A DNA stretch of 64,000 bases from Halothiobacillus sp. (GTDB lineage Bacteria; Pseudomonadota; Gammaproteobacteria; JAAZVP01), in the NCBI GenBank assembly GCA_018623495.1, contig JAAZVP010000003.1, forward strand, positions 3,466-67,465. Reading direction: 5' to 3'. Of the stretch, positions 43,873-52,340 are shown in pieces. The notes under the pieces were generated by a model, which saw only the letters and a list, made by a program, of their open reading frames with translations, ran no database searches and was not told the DNA's origin. Position numbers and translations under genes: made by a program. The stretch's first letter is position 1; the number at the start of each line of letters is the position of its first letter.

Positions 43873-46299
43873 TTGAGCGAGCCAGATTCCCGTCACCAGG
43901 GCGAGTGTTTCCATTGCGGTCTGCCGGTTCCGCCCGGCAGCGCCTATCGCGTCACCATCGACGGTGAGCCGCGGGCGATGTGCTGCCCCGGCTGCCAGGC
44001 GGTGGCCCAGGCGATCGTCGACGGTGGCATGGAGGACTTCTACCGCCACCGGACCGAAAAATCCGAGCGGCCCGAGGAACGGATCCCGGATTTCCTCCGC
44101 GAGGTCGACCTCTACGACCGGCCCGAGTTGCAGAAGAGCTTCGTGCGCGAGGAGGCCGGCGAGACCCGCGAGGCCTCGCTGATCCTCGAGGGCATCGTCT
44201 GTGCTGCCTGCGTCTGGCTCAACGAGCGCCAGGTCAAGTCCCTCGACGGGGTTCTCGATTTTCGCGTCAACTACGCCACCCACCGTGCCCGGGTCCGCTG
44301 GGACCCGGCCCGGGTGCAGCTCTCCGACATCCTGCGGGCGATCGCCGCCATCGGCTACCGGGCCCACCCCTTCGACCCCGGCCGCCAGGAACAGCTCTTC
44401 AAGCGCGAGAAGAAGCTCGCCCTGCGCCGGCTGACGCTCGCCGGCCTGGGCGCCATGCAGGTGATGATGATCGCCATCGCCATGTACATCGGCGACTACC
44501 AGGGCATGGATGCCGATATCCGCCGGTTCATGCGCTGGGTGAGCCTGCTGATCGCCACGCCCGTGGTGCTGTACTCCGCCCAGGCCTTCTTCGCCCCGGC
44601 ATGGCGCGACCTCAGGCGCCGCCAGCCGGGCATGGACGTGCCCGTCTCGCTGGCCATAGGCGGGGCCTACCTCGCTTCCTGCTGGGCGACCTTCAGCGGC
44701 ACCGGCGAGGTCTACTTCGACTCGGTGACCATGTTCACCTTCTTTCTGCTCACCGGTCGCTACTTCGAGATGATCGCCCGGCACAAGGCCGGCGAGTCGG
44801 CCGAGGCGCTGGTCAAGCTGCTGCCGGCGAGTGCCACCCGCATCACTGCCGACGGACGCGAGGAGGTGGTCACCGTCAACGAGCTCGCCCCCGGCGACCG
44901 GTTGCGCGTTCGCCCCGGCGAGAGCGTGCCGGCCGACGGCACCGTGGTGGCCGGGGAGAGCAGCGTGGACGAGTCGCTGCTCACCGGCGAGAGCGTCCCC
45001 CGCGGACGGGCCGCCGGTGACGCGCTGGTGGGCGGCTCGGTGAACGTGGAAAGCCCCCTGGAGATGACCGTCACCCGGGTGGGTGAGGACACCGTCCTCT
45101 CCTCGATCATCCGCCTGCTGGACCGGGCCCAGGGCGAGAAACCGCGGGTGGGGCGGCTGGCCGACCGGGTGGCCGGCTGGTTCGTCCTCGCCCTGCTGCT
45201 GCTGGCCGTCGGCGTCGGCGGCTTCTGGTGGTGGCACGAGCCGGAATCCGCCTTCTGGATCACCCTCTCGGTGCTGGTGGTCACCTGCCCCTGCGCCCTC
45301 TCGCTGGCCACCCCCGCGGCCCTGACCGCCGCCACGGGCCGGCTCACCCGGCTGGGGTTGCTCACCACCCGGGGCCATGCCCTGGAGACCCTCGCGCGGG
45401 TCACCGACGTGGTACTGGACAAGACCGGCACGCTAACCTTCGGCGAGCTCGGCCTGGCGGCCATCCGGCCCGAGCCGGGCGAGAACCGCGAGCGCCTCTG
45501 GCGCGTCGCGGCCGCGCTGGAGGCGGGCTCCGAGCATCCCATCGCCCGGGCCATCCGCCGCGATGCCCCCGCGCTCGGCCCCGCCGAGGCGGCGCATGCC
45601 GTGCGCCAGCGCCCGGGGCTGGGGATCGAGGGCAGCGTCGGCGGGCGGCGCTACCGCGTGGGCAACGCCCGCTTCGTCGCCGAATGGGTCCCCGGCCTGG
45701 AGGCCGCCGGCCGCGAGGGTGTCGCCGAGGTGCTGCTGGTGGACGAGCAGCGCCTCCTGGGCCGTTTCGAGCTGGACGACGCCTTGCGCCCCGAGGCCGC
45801 CGAGGCCGTCGACGGGCTCCGCCGCCGTGGTCTTCGTGTCCACCTGCTCTCCGGCGATGCCGCGGCCACGGTGGACCGGGTGGCCGGCGAGCTGGGCATC
45901 GAAGAGCACCGCGGCGGGCTGCTGCCGGACGACAAGCTGGCCCGCATCCGCGAGCTCCAGGACGACGGGGCGGTGGTGGCCATGGTCGGCGACGGCATCA
46001 ACGATGCGCCGGTGCTCGCCGGGGCGCAGGTCTCGCTGGCCATGGGCGGTGGTACCCAGCTGGCCCATGCCAGTGCCGACCTGGTGCTGCTCTCGGAGAA
46101 CCTGCTGCACCTGCCCGAGGGGATCGACGTGGCCCGGCGCACGCTGCGCATCATCCGCCAGAACCTCGGCTGGGCAGTGGCCTACAACGTCACCGCGGTG
46201 CCGCTGGCCGCGGCCGGTTTCGTCGCCCCCTGGATGGCGGCCATCGGCATGTCGCTGAGTTCACTGCTGGTCGTGCTCAACGCCCTGCGGCTGCGTTAG
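43873..46299 (+). CDS. ccoI: Copper-translocating P1B-type ATPase CcoI/FixI
   Basis: N-terminal CxxC, CPC, DKTGT and GDGINDAP motifs. Confidence 0.9.
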   Translation: MSEPDSRHQGECFHCGLPVPPGSAYRVTIDGEPRAMCCPGCQAVAQAIVDGGMEDFYRHRTEKSERPEERIPDFLREVDLYDRPELQKSFVREEAGETREASLILEGIVCAACVWLNERQVKSLDGVLDFRVNYATHRARVRWDPARVQLSDILRAIAAIGYRAHPFDPGRQEQLFKREKKLALRRLTLAGLGAMQVMMIAIAMYIGDYQGMDADIRRFMRWVSLLIATPVVLYSAQAFFAPAWRDLRRRQPGMDVPVSLAIGGAYLASCWATFSGTGEVYFDSVTMFTFFLLTGRYFEMIARHKAGESAEALVKLLPASATRITADGREEVVTVNELAPGDRLRVRPGESVPADGTVVAGESSVDESLLTGESVPRGRAAGDALVGGSVNVESPLEMTVTRVGEDTVLSSIIRLLDRAQGEKPRVGRLADRVAGWFVLALLLLAVGVGGFWWWHEPESAFWITLSVLVVTCPCALSLATPAALTAATGRLTRLGLLTTRGHALETLARVTDVVLDKTGTLTFGELGLAAIRPEPGENRERLWRVAAALEAGSEHPIARAIRRDAPALGPAEAAHAVRQRPGLGIEGSVGGRRYRVGNARFVAEWVPGLEAAGREGVAEVLLVDEQRLLGRFELDDALRPEAAEAVDGLRRRGLRVHLLSGDAAATVDRVAGELGIEEHRGGLLPDDKLARIRELQDDGAVVAMVGDGINDAPVLAGAQVSLAMGGGTQLAHASADLVLLSENLLHLPEGIDVARRTLRIIRQNLGWAVAYNVTAVPLAAAGFVAPWMAAIGMSLSSLLVVLNALRLR

Positions 46300-46307
46300 A
46301 CTGGAAA

Positions 46308-46336
46308 GCCGGCAGGCCCGTTGCCGGTTCCTTTTC
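46308..46336 (+). terminator. Probable intrinsic terminator immediately after ccoI
   Basis: GCCGGCA-GGCCCGT-TGCCGGT hairpin followed by TCCTTTTCGGTTCTTC. Confidence 0.55.
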
Positions 46337-46429
46337 GGTTCTTCGCATCTTGCCGTGCAACAGGGGGCCTGCAAGCGACGTGTTGCGGATTGCGCGCACC
46401 TTCAGGGCCGATATCCGTCTTGGACGTAT

Positions 46430-46569
46430 GCGAGGCAAGGCGCAGGGGCCCGGGGGCGCAACGCACAACAACCCGGGAATACCGGGTCGACGGTAACTGG
46501 CCCGGGGAACCTGGCGTCCCTGGCGCCTTGGCGAGAGCCATGACCCTCTGCCGTATCCCGGTGAGGGGG
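46430..46569 (+). repeat. Copy A of a roughly 135-nt structured intergenic repeat (second copy at 63110-63240)
   Basis: The two copies share a 5' module GCGAGGCAAGGCGCAGGGGCC(C)CGGGG and a 3' module TGGCGTCCCTGGCGCCTTGGCGAGAG...ACCCTCTGC.GT.TCCCGGTGAGGG. CAAGGCGCAGGGG is complementary to CCCTGGCGCCTTG, which gives a long-range stem. Confidence 0.6.
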
Positions 46570-46622
46570 CGCCAAAACGCGAAGAACCTTCTTTTCCCGC
46601 TGCCCCGGCGCAGGAGGCTCCC

Positions 46623-46832
46623 ATGGAAATCCTCTACTTCCTGATCCCCCTGGCGATCATCATGATGGGCGTGATGGTCTGGGGGCTCATCTGGACGGTC
46701 AAGAACGACCAGTACGACGATCTCGAAGGCCCGGCCCACCGCATCCTGATGGACGACGACGACCCCAGGATCCCCCGTCGCCGCCCGTCTAGGCAAGCGG
46801 ACGGCGATGGGCTAGAATCGGACTCGGATTGA
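46623..46832 (+). CDS. ccoS: cbb3 oxidase maturation protein CcoS/FixS
   Basis: MEILYFLIPLAIIMMGVMVWGLIWTVKNDQYDDLEGPAHRILMDDDD. RBS CAGGAGG. Confidence 0.85.
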   Translation: MEILYFLIPLAIIMMGVMVWGLIWTVKNDQYDDLEGPAHRILMDDDDPRIPRRRPSRQADGDGLESDSD

Positions 46833-46854
46833 ATCACGCACTGATGGTGGTGTT

Positions 46855-46953
46855 ATGCAGCTCTTCAACTTCCAGAACTTCGCCCTGACCTTCACGGTGG
46901 GCCTGATCGTTTTCTCCTGGCTGTCCTTCCTGTCGGTGGTCTTCTTCGGCTGA
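46855..46953 (+). CDS. Unannotated 32-aa hydrophobic small ORF (MQLFNFQNFALTFTVGLIVFSWLSFLSVVFFG) downstream of ccoS
   Basis: 29 of 31 codons end in G or C, which is a genome-typical coding bias. It predicts a single TM helix and lies between ccoS and the bidirectional terminator. Confidence 0.4.
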   Translation: MQLFNFQNFALTFTVGLIVFSWLSFLSVVFFG

Positions 46954-46985
46954 GACCGAAGCGAAACCGCCCGGGCGGCCGGACG

Positions 46986-47019
46986 AAAAAAGCCTCATCC
47001 CGCGGGATGAGGCTTTTTT
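46986..47019. terminator. Bidirectional Rho-independent terminator shared by the cco operon (+) and rpoH (-)
   Basis: AAAAAA-GCCTCATCC-CGCG-GGATGAGGC-TTTTTT, a perfect stem flanked by A and T runs. Confidence 0.9.
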
Positions 47020-47062
47020 GTGGCTGGCGGACGGCCCGGTGCCGGGAGCCGGGAAGGCCGGC

Positions 47063-47920
47063 TCAGGCGGCCAGCGCCCGGCGGACCTTTTTCATCGCCG
47101 CCTTCTCGATCTGGCGGATGCGCTCGGCGGAGACGCCGTATTCCTCCGCCAGGGACTGCAGCGTGGCCTTGTTGTCCTCGTCGAGCCAGCGACGCCGGAG
47201 GATGTCGCGGCTGCGCGCGTCGAGGGCCGCGAGGCTGCGCGCCAGGCCCTCGTGGCGCTGGCGCTCGGCGTCGCGGTGTTCCAGCAGCCGGGCCGGGTCG
47301 GGCTCGTCCGCGGCGATGAAGCTCGCGGGTGCGCGCGGCGCCTCGTCATCGTCGCCGGCATCGGCGTCGAAGGCCACGTCGCCACCGCTCATGCGCCCTT
47401 CCATCTCGGTGACCGTCTTCTCCGGCACGCCCAGGTCGTCGGCCACCCGGCGGGTCTCGTCGGCGGTGAGCCAGCCGAGGTTCTTCTTCCAGCTGCGCAG
47501 GCGGAAGAACAGCTTGCGCTGGGCCTTGGTGGTGGCCACCTTGACCACCCGCCAGTTGCGCAGGATGAACTCGTGGATCTCGGCGCGGATCCAGTGCACC
47601 GCGAAGGAGACGAGGCGGACGTTCTGCTCGGGGTCGAAGCGCTTGACCGCCTTCATCAGCCCGATGTTGCCCTCCTGCACCAGGTCGGCCATGGGCAGCC
47701 CGTAGCCCTGGTAGCTGCGGGCGATGTGGACCACGAAGCGCAGGTGGGAGACCACCAGCCGGCGCGCGGCCTCGAGATCGCCGTGATCGCGCAGGCGGCG
47801 GGCCAGTCCCCGCTCTTCCTCGGGCTCGAGCACGGGGATGGCGCTGATCTGCTGGATGTAGCGCTCCAGCGAATCGGAGACGACGGGGAGTTGTCCGTTG
47901 TTCACCAGGCTCTGGCTCAT
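47063..47920 (-). CDS. rpoH: RNA polymerase sigma-32 factor
   Basis: RpoH box QRKLFFRLR plus sigma70 regions 2 and 4. Confidence 0.95.
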   Translation of the reverse strand: MSQSLVNNGQLPVVSDSLERYIQQISAIPVLEPEEERGLARRLRDHGDLEAARRLVVSHLRFVVHIARSYQGYGLPMADLVQEGNIGLMKAVKRFDPEQNVRLVSFAVHWIRAEIHEFILRNWRVVKVATTKAQRKLFFRLRSWKKNLGWLTADETRRVADDLGVPEKTVTEMEGRMSGGDVAFDADAGDDDEAPRAPASFIAADEPDPARLLEHRDAERQRHEGLARSLAALDARSRDILRRRWLDEDNKATLQSLAEEYGVSAERIRQIEKAAMKKVRRALAA

Positions 47921-47981
47921 GGTGCGTGGGATTCCTCTCTGACGGGTTGAATGCGATTTTAGCAGCCAACCTCTTAGAGTG

Positions 47982-48971
47982 CTAAGGCCCCGCGGAGTTC
48001 CCGGCTCGGCCCGGCTCCAGGCGCACCAGGTGGTGCTGCACGGTGAGCCAGGTGCCCAGCCAGCCGAGCAGGGTGGCCGTCGCCAGCAGGGCGAGGCTCT
48101 CGCCGGCGCTGAAAAAGCGCGGCGGCGGTCCCAGGTGGTAGGTCTCGAGGAGGTGGTCGATGGCCGGCCCGGTGGCCAGGGCGGCGAGCGCCAGCAGCAG
48201 GAGCGCGCCCAGGCCCCCGGCGAGCCCCAGCAGGGCCCCGCTGTAGAGGAAGGGGCGGCGGACGTAGGCGTCGGTGGCGCCGATCAGGCGGGTCACGAGG
48301 ATCTCCTCGCGGCGGTTCTCGATCTCCAGGCGGATGGTGTTGCCGGAGACGAACACCACCGCCAGCGCCAGCAGCAGGGCGATGACGGCGATGGTGCGTT
48401 CCAGTGCCGCCATGATGGCCGCCCAGCGTTCCACCCAGGCCATGTCGAGCTGGGCGGAATCCACGGCCGCGAGCCCCGCCAGTTCGTCGCGCAGCGCGGT
48501 CAGCCGTTCACCGTCGGTGCGGCCCTGGGGGTGGACCAGCAGGGTGATGGGCAGCGGGTTGGTCTCGAGCACGGCCAGCGCCTCTTCCACGCCGGCATGC
48601 TGGCGGAACTCGGCCAGCGCCTGCTCGCGGGAGACGTATTCCACCCGGCCCACGGCGCTGCGCTGGCCGATCTCGGCGGCCAGGGCGCGGGCGTCCGCGG
48701 GCGTCGTGTCGTCGGTCAGGTAGAGGCTGATGCGCTGCGGGCCGTCCCAGTCGCCCAGCAGCCGCTGGCCGGCCTCGACCACCAGGAAGAGTCCCGCCGG
48801 CAGGGCCAGGGCGATGCTCAGCACCGCCGCCGACATCAGGTGGGCGGGGAGGGCGGCGCGGATCTTGGCCAGGCTGTCCAGCAGGCCGCGGCGGTGCTGG
48901 CGCAGCCAGCCCTCCAGCCGCGCCCGCAGGCGGCCGCCATGCCTCCGGGGACCGCGCTTGCCGCCCGTCAT
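47982..48971 (-). CDS. ftsX: Cell division ABC transporter permease FtsX
   Basis: FtsX periplasmic domain and four TM helices. Overlaps ftsE. Confidence 0.9.
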   Translation of the reverse strand: MTGGKRGPRRHGGRLRARLEGWLRQHRRGLLDSLAKIRAALPAHLMSAAVLSIALALPAGLFLVVEAGQRLLGDWDGPQRISLYLTDDTTPADARALAAEIGQRSAVGRVEYVSREQALAEFRQHAGVEEALAVLETNPLPITLLVHPQGRTDGERLTALRDELAGLAAVDSAQLDMAWVERWAAIMAALERTIAVIALLLALAVVFVSGNTIRLEIENRREEILVTRLIGATDAYVRRPFLYSGALLGLAGGLGALLLLALAALATGPAIDHLLETYHLGPPPRFFSAGESLALLATATLLGWLGTWLTVQHHLVRLEPGRAGNSAGP

Positions 48972-49618
48972 CGGAGTTCTCCCCCTTCCAGGCGGATGCA
49001 GGGATGGTCCATGTCGCCGATCAGGGAGACGTCGTGGGTGGCGATCAGCGTGGTCACGCCGATCTGGTTGAACTGCTCGAACAGGGTCATGATCTCGCGC
49101 GAGAGGTCCGGGTCGAGGTTGCCGGTGGGCTCGTCGGCCAGCAGGATGGCCGGGCGGTTGACCACCGCCCGGGCGATGCCCACCCGCTGGCGCTCGCCGG
49201 TGGACAGGGCGATGGGATTGGCGCGCTCCTTGTCCAGCAGGCCCACCTTGTCCAGGGCGGCGCGCACCCGCCGGCCGATCTCGAGCGGCGGGTGGCCGGC
49301 GATCTCCAGCGGCAGGGCCACGTTGTCGAACACCGGCCGGTCGAAGAGCAGGTTGTGGTCCTGGAAGATCAGGCCGATGCGCCGGCGGTAGAAGGGCACG
49401 CGGGCCGCGGGCAGGCCGCCCACGTCGGTGCCGTCGATCAGCAGGCGGCCGCCGGAGGGGCGCTCGATCAGCGGGATGAGCTTGAGCAGGGTGCTCTTGC
49501 CGGCCCCCGAGTGGCCGGTGAGAAAGGCCAGCTGGCCGCGCCCCAGGCCGAAACTGATCCCCCGCAGGGCCTGCAGCCCGCTGGGGTAGCGCTTGCTGAC
49601 GCGGTCGAACTCGATCAT
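48968..49618 (-). CDS. ftsE: Cell division ATP-binding protein FtsE
   Basis: Walker A GHSGAGKST, signature LSTGERQ and Walker B. Confidence 0.95.
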   Translation of the reverse strand: MIEFDRVSKRYPSGLQALRGISFGLGRGQLAFLTGHSGAGKSTLLKLIPLIERPSGGRLLIDGTDVGGLPAARVPFYRRRIGLIFQDHNLLFDRPVFDNVALPLEIAGHPPLEIGRRVRAALDKVGLLDKERANPIALSTGERQRVGIARAVVNRPAILLADEPTGNLDPDLSREIMTLFEQFNQIGVTTLIATHDVSLIGDMDHPCIRLEGGELR

Positions 49619-49640
49619 GGGCCGTCCCCGCCGTGGTGGT

Positions 49641-50822
49641 TCAGCTGCCCGGCCGTTCGCGGTCGAGCAGGGCGTCGACGAAGTCCACGCGGTCGAAGTC
49701 GCGCAGGTCCTCGACGCGCTCGCCCACGCCGATGAAGCGGATCGGCAGGCCCAGCTCCTTGGCCATGGCGAGGACGATGCCGCCCTTGGCGGTGCCGTCG
49801 AGCTTGGTCAGGGCCACGCCGGAGACGTCCACCGTCCGGCCGAACTGGCGGGCCTGGTTGAGCGCGTTCTGGCCGATGCCCGCGTCCAGTACCAGCAGCA
49901 CCTCGTGGGGCGCGTCGGCATCCAGCTTGCGCACCACCCGCTGGACCTTGGCCAGCTCCTCCATCAGGTTGGACTGGGTGTGCAGCCGGCCGGCCGTGTC
50001 GGCGATCAGGATGTCGGTGCCGCGGGCGCGGGCGGCCTCGACGGCATCGAAGATCACCGAGGCCGAGTCGGCACCGGTCCCCTGGGCGATCACCGGCACG
50101 CCGTTGCGCTCGCCCCAGGTCTGGAGCTGCTCCACGGCCGCCGCCCGGAAGGTGTCGCCGGCGGCCAGCATCACCGAGCGACCCTCGTCGGTGTAGCGGC
50201 GGGCCAGCTTGCCGATGGTGGTGGTCTTGCCCGAGCCGTTGACGCCCACCACCAGGATGATGAACGGGCCCTCGCGGTCCTCGGGGATGCGCAGCGGCCG
50301 CTCGGCCGGGGCGAGCATCTCCACCATGTCGCCGTGCAGGGCCTCGAACAGGGCCTCGGGATCGGCGAGTTCCTTGCGCGAGACCCGCCGGGTGAGGTCG
50401 TCGATGATCGCCTCGGTGGCCTCCACGCCCACGTCGGCCATCAGCAGCCGGGTCTCGAGTTCCTCGAGGAGCTCGTCGTCGATGGTCTTCTTGCCCAGGA
50501 CCAGGTCGGCGAGCCCGTCGGTGAGGCTGCGGCGGGTCTTGCTCAGGCGCTCGCGCAGGCCGGCCAGCATGCCGCCCTTGCGCGGCCCTTCCCCGGTCTC
50601 CTCGGGCGCCGGCGCGGCGGTTCCGGGCTCCGGCGCGTCACCGGCCGGGGCCTCGTCTTCGCCGGCGGGCGCGGGCGGCTCTTCGGCCGCGCCCGCGGCG
50701 GCCGGCGGCTCGGCGGGTTCGGGAGTCGCCGGCTCGCCGGCCCCGGCAGCCTGGTCGCGTTCCTCCTCCGGGCGCTTTTCCGCCTGCCGCTTGTCGCGCC
50801 GCTTGCGCAGAAAGCCAAACAT
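49641..50822 (-). CDS. ftsY: Signal recognition particle receptor FtsY
   Basis: Acidic, proline-rich N-terminus followed by an NG domain (GVNGSGKTTT, DTAGR). Confidence 0.9.
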   Translation of the reverse strand: MFGFLRKRRDKRQAEKRPEEERDQAAGAGEPATPEPAEPPAAAGAAEEPPAPAGEDEAPAGDAPEPGTAAPAPEETGEGPRKGGMLAGLRERLSKTRRSLTDGLADLVLGKKTIDDELLEELETRLLMADVGVEATEAIIDDLTRRVSRKELADPEALFEALHGDMVEMLAPAERPLRIPEDREGPFIILVVGVNGSGKTTTIGKLARRYTDEGRSVMLAAGDTFRAAAVEQLQTWGERNGVPVIAQGTGADSASVIFDAVEAARARGTDILIADTAGRLHTQSNLMEELAKVQRVVRKLDADAPHEVLLVLDAGIGQNALNQARQFGRTVDVSGVALTKLDGTAKGGIVLAMAKELGLPIRFIGVGERVEDLRDFDRVDFVDALLDRERPGS

Positions 50823-50939
50823 GCTTACCCCTCATGCAAAACCGGCAGTTATCCTACCACTCTTTGCGGGAACTCCGGCGCGGTTGCGCATCGAACAGGG
50901 ATGGGCAATCCGCGCTCGTTTCTCAATCGGGAGGACCGA

Positions 50940-52340
50940 ATGATGAACACCCCCCAGGGGCATTCCGGCCGGTCGACGCGCTGGTGGCTGCTGCTCGTCC
51001 TGCTGCTGGCCGGGTCGGCGATGGCCGAGGAGGCGGTCCACGAATACCGCCTGGACAACGGCATGAAGATCCTGGTCAAGCCGGATCACCGGGCGCCGGT
51101 GGTCACCAGCCAGGTCTGGTACCGGGTCGGCTCGAGCTATGAACACAACGGGATCACCGGTATCTCGCACGTGGTCGAGCACATGATGTTCAAGGGCACC
51201 GAGAAGCATCCCCCGGGCGCGTTCTCCGAGATCGTCGCCGCCAATGGGGGCGACGAGAACGCCTTCACCAGCCGCGACTACACGGCCTATTACGAGACCC
51301 TGGCCGCCGACCGGCTGGAGGTCGCCCTCGCGCTCGAGGCCGACCGCATGCACGCCCTGCTGATGGACGCCGAGCAGGCGGCCCGCGAGATCCGCGTGGT
51401 GCAGGAGGAGCGGCGCATGCGCACCGACGACGATCCGCAGGCGCTCACCCGCGAGCGCTTCCGGGCCAGCGCCTTTCTCAGCAGCCCCTACCGCTGGCCG
51501 ATCATCGGCTGGATGAGCGACCTGGAACGGCTCGACCGCGAGACCCTGGTGGACTGGTACGAGCGCTACTATGCCCCCGACAACGCCACGCTGGTGGTGG
51601 TGGGCGACGTCGAGCCCGCGCGCGTGCGCGAGCTCGCCGAGAAGCACTTCGGCCCGGTGCCGCCGAGCGGTATCGAGCACCGCCCGCCGCGCCGCGAGGT
51701 GGAGCAGAACGGCGAGCGGCGCATCACCGTCAAGGCACCCGCCGAGCTGCCCTACCTGATGATGGGCTACAAGGTGCCCTCGCTGATCACCGCCGGGGAC
51801 CCGGCCGATGCCTACGCCCTGGAGGTGCTCGCGGGCATCCTCGATGCCGGTGACAGTGCGCGTCTCAGCCGCGAGCTGGTGCGTGGCAGCCAAGTAGCCG
51901 CCGGGGCCTCGGCCGGCTACGGCCTGGTCAGCCGCCTGGGCACCCTGCTGACGCTCACCGCCACGCCGGCCGAGGGGGTCGATGTCGGGGAACTGGAGTC
52001 CGCGCTGCGCGACCAGGTCGAGCGCCTGCGCGAGCAGCCCGTGACCGCCGAGGAACTCGAGCGGGTCAAGGCCCAGGTGATGGCCGCCGACGTCTACGAG
52101 CGCGACTCCATCTTCTACCAGGCCATGGAGCTGGGCATCCTGGAGACCGTGGGCCTGGGGCACGATGCCCTGGACGACTACGTGGAACGGATCGAGGCGG
52201 TCACCGCCGAGCAGGTGCGCGACGTCGCCCGGCGCTACCTCGATGACGACCGGCTGACGGTCGCCATCCTCGATCCCCAGCCCATCGAAGGCGGGGCGTC
52301 CGCCCGGCCCGCCAAGAAAGGAGGTCACCATGTTCGCTAG
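50940..52340 (+). CDS. M16 family zinc metallopeptidase (pitrilysin-like) with signal peptide; active subunit carrying HxxEH
   Basis: HVVEHMMFKGT inverted zinc motif, a signal peptide and a GGGAGG RBS. Confidence 0.85.
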   Translation: MMNTPQGHSGRSTRWWLLLVLLLAGSAMAEEAVHEYRLDNGMKILVKPDHRAPVVTSQVWYRVGSSYEHNGITGISHVVEHMMFKGTEKHPPGAFSEIVAANGGDENAFTSRDYTAYYETLAADRLEVALALEADRMHALLMDAEQAAREIRVVQEERRMRTDDDPQALTRERFRASAFLSSPYRWPIIGWMSDLERLDRETLVDWYERYYAPDNATLVVVGDVEPARVRELAEKHFGPVPPSGIEHRPPRREVEQNGERRITVKAPAELPYLMMGYKVPSLITAGDPADAYALEVLAGILDAGDSARLSRELVRGSQVAAGASAGYGLVSRLGTLLTLTATPAEGVDVGELESALRDQVERLREQPVTAEELERVKAQVMAADVYERDSIFYQAMELGILETVGLGHDALDDYVERIEAVTAEQVRDVARRYLDDDRLTVAILDPQPIEGGASARPAKKGGHHVR

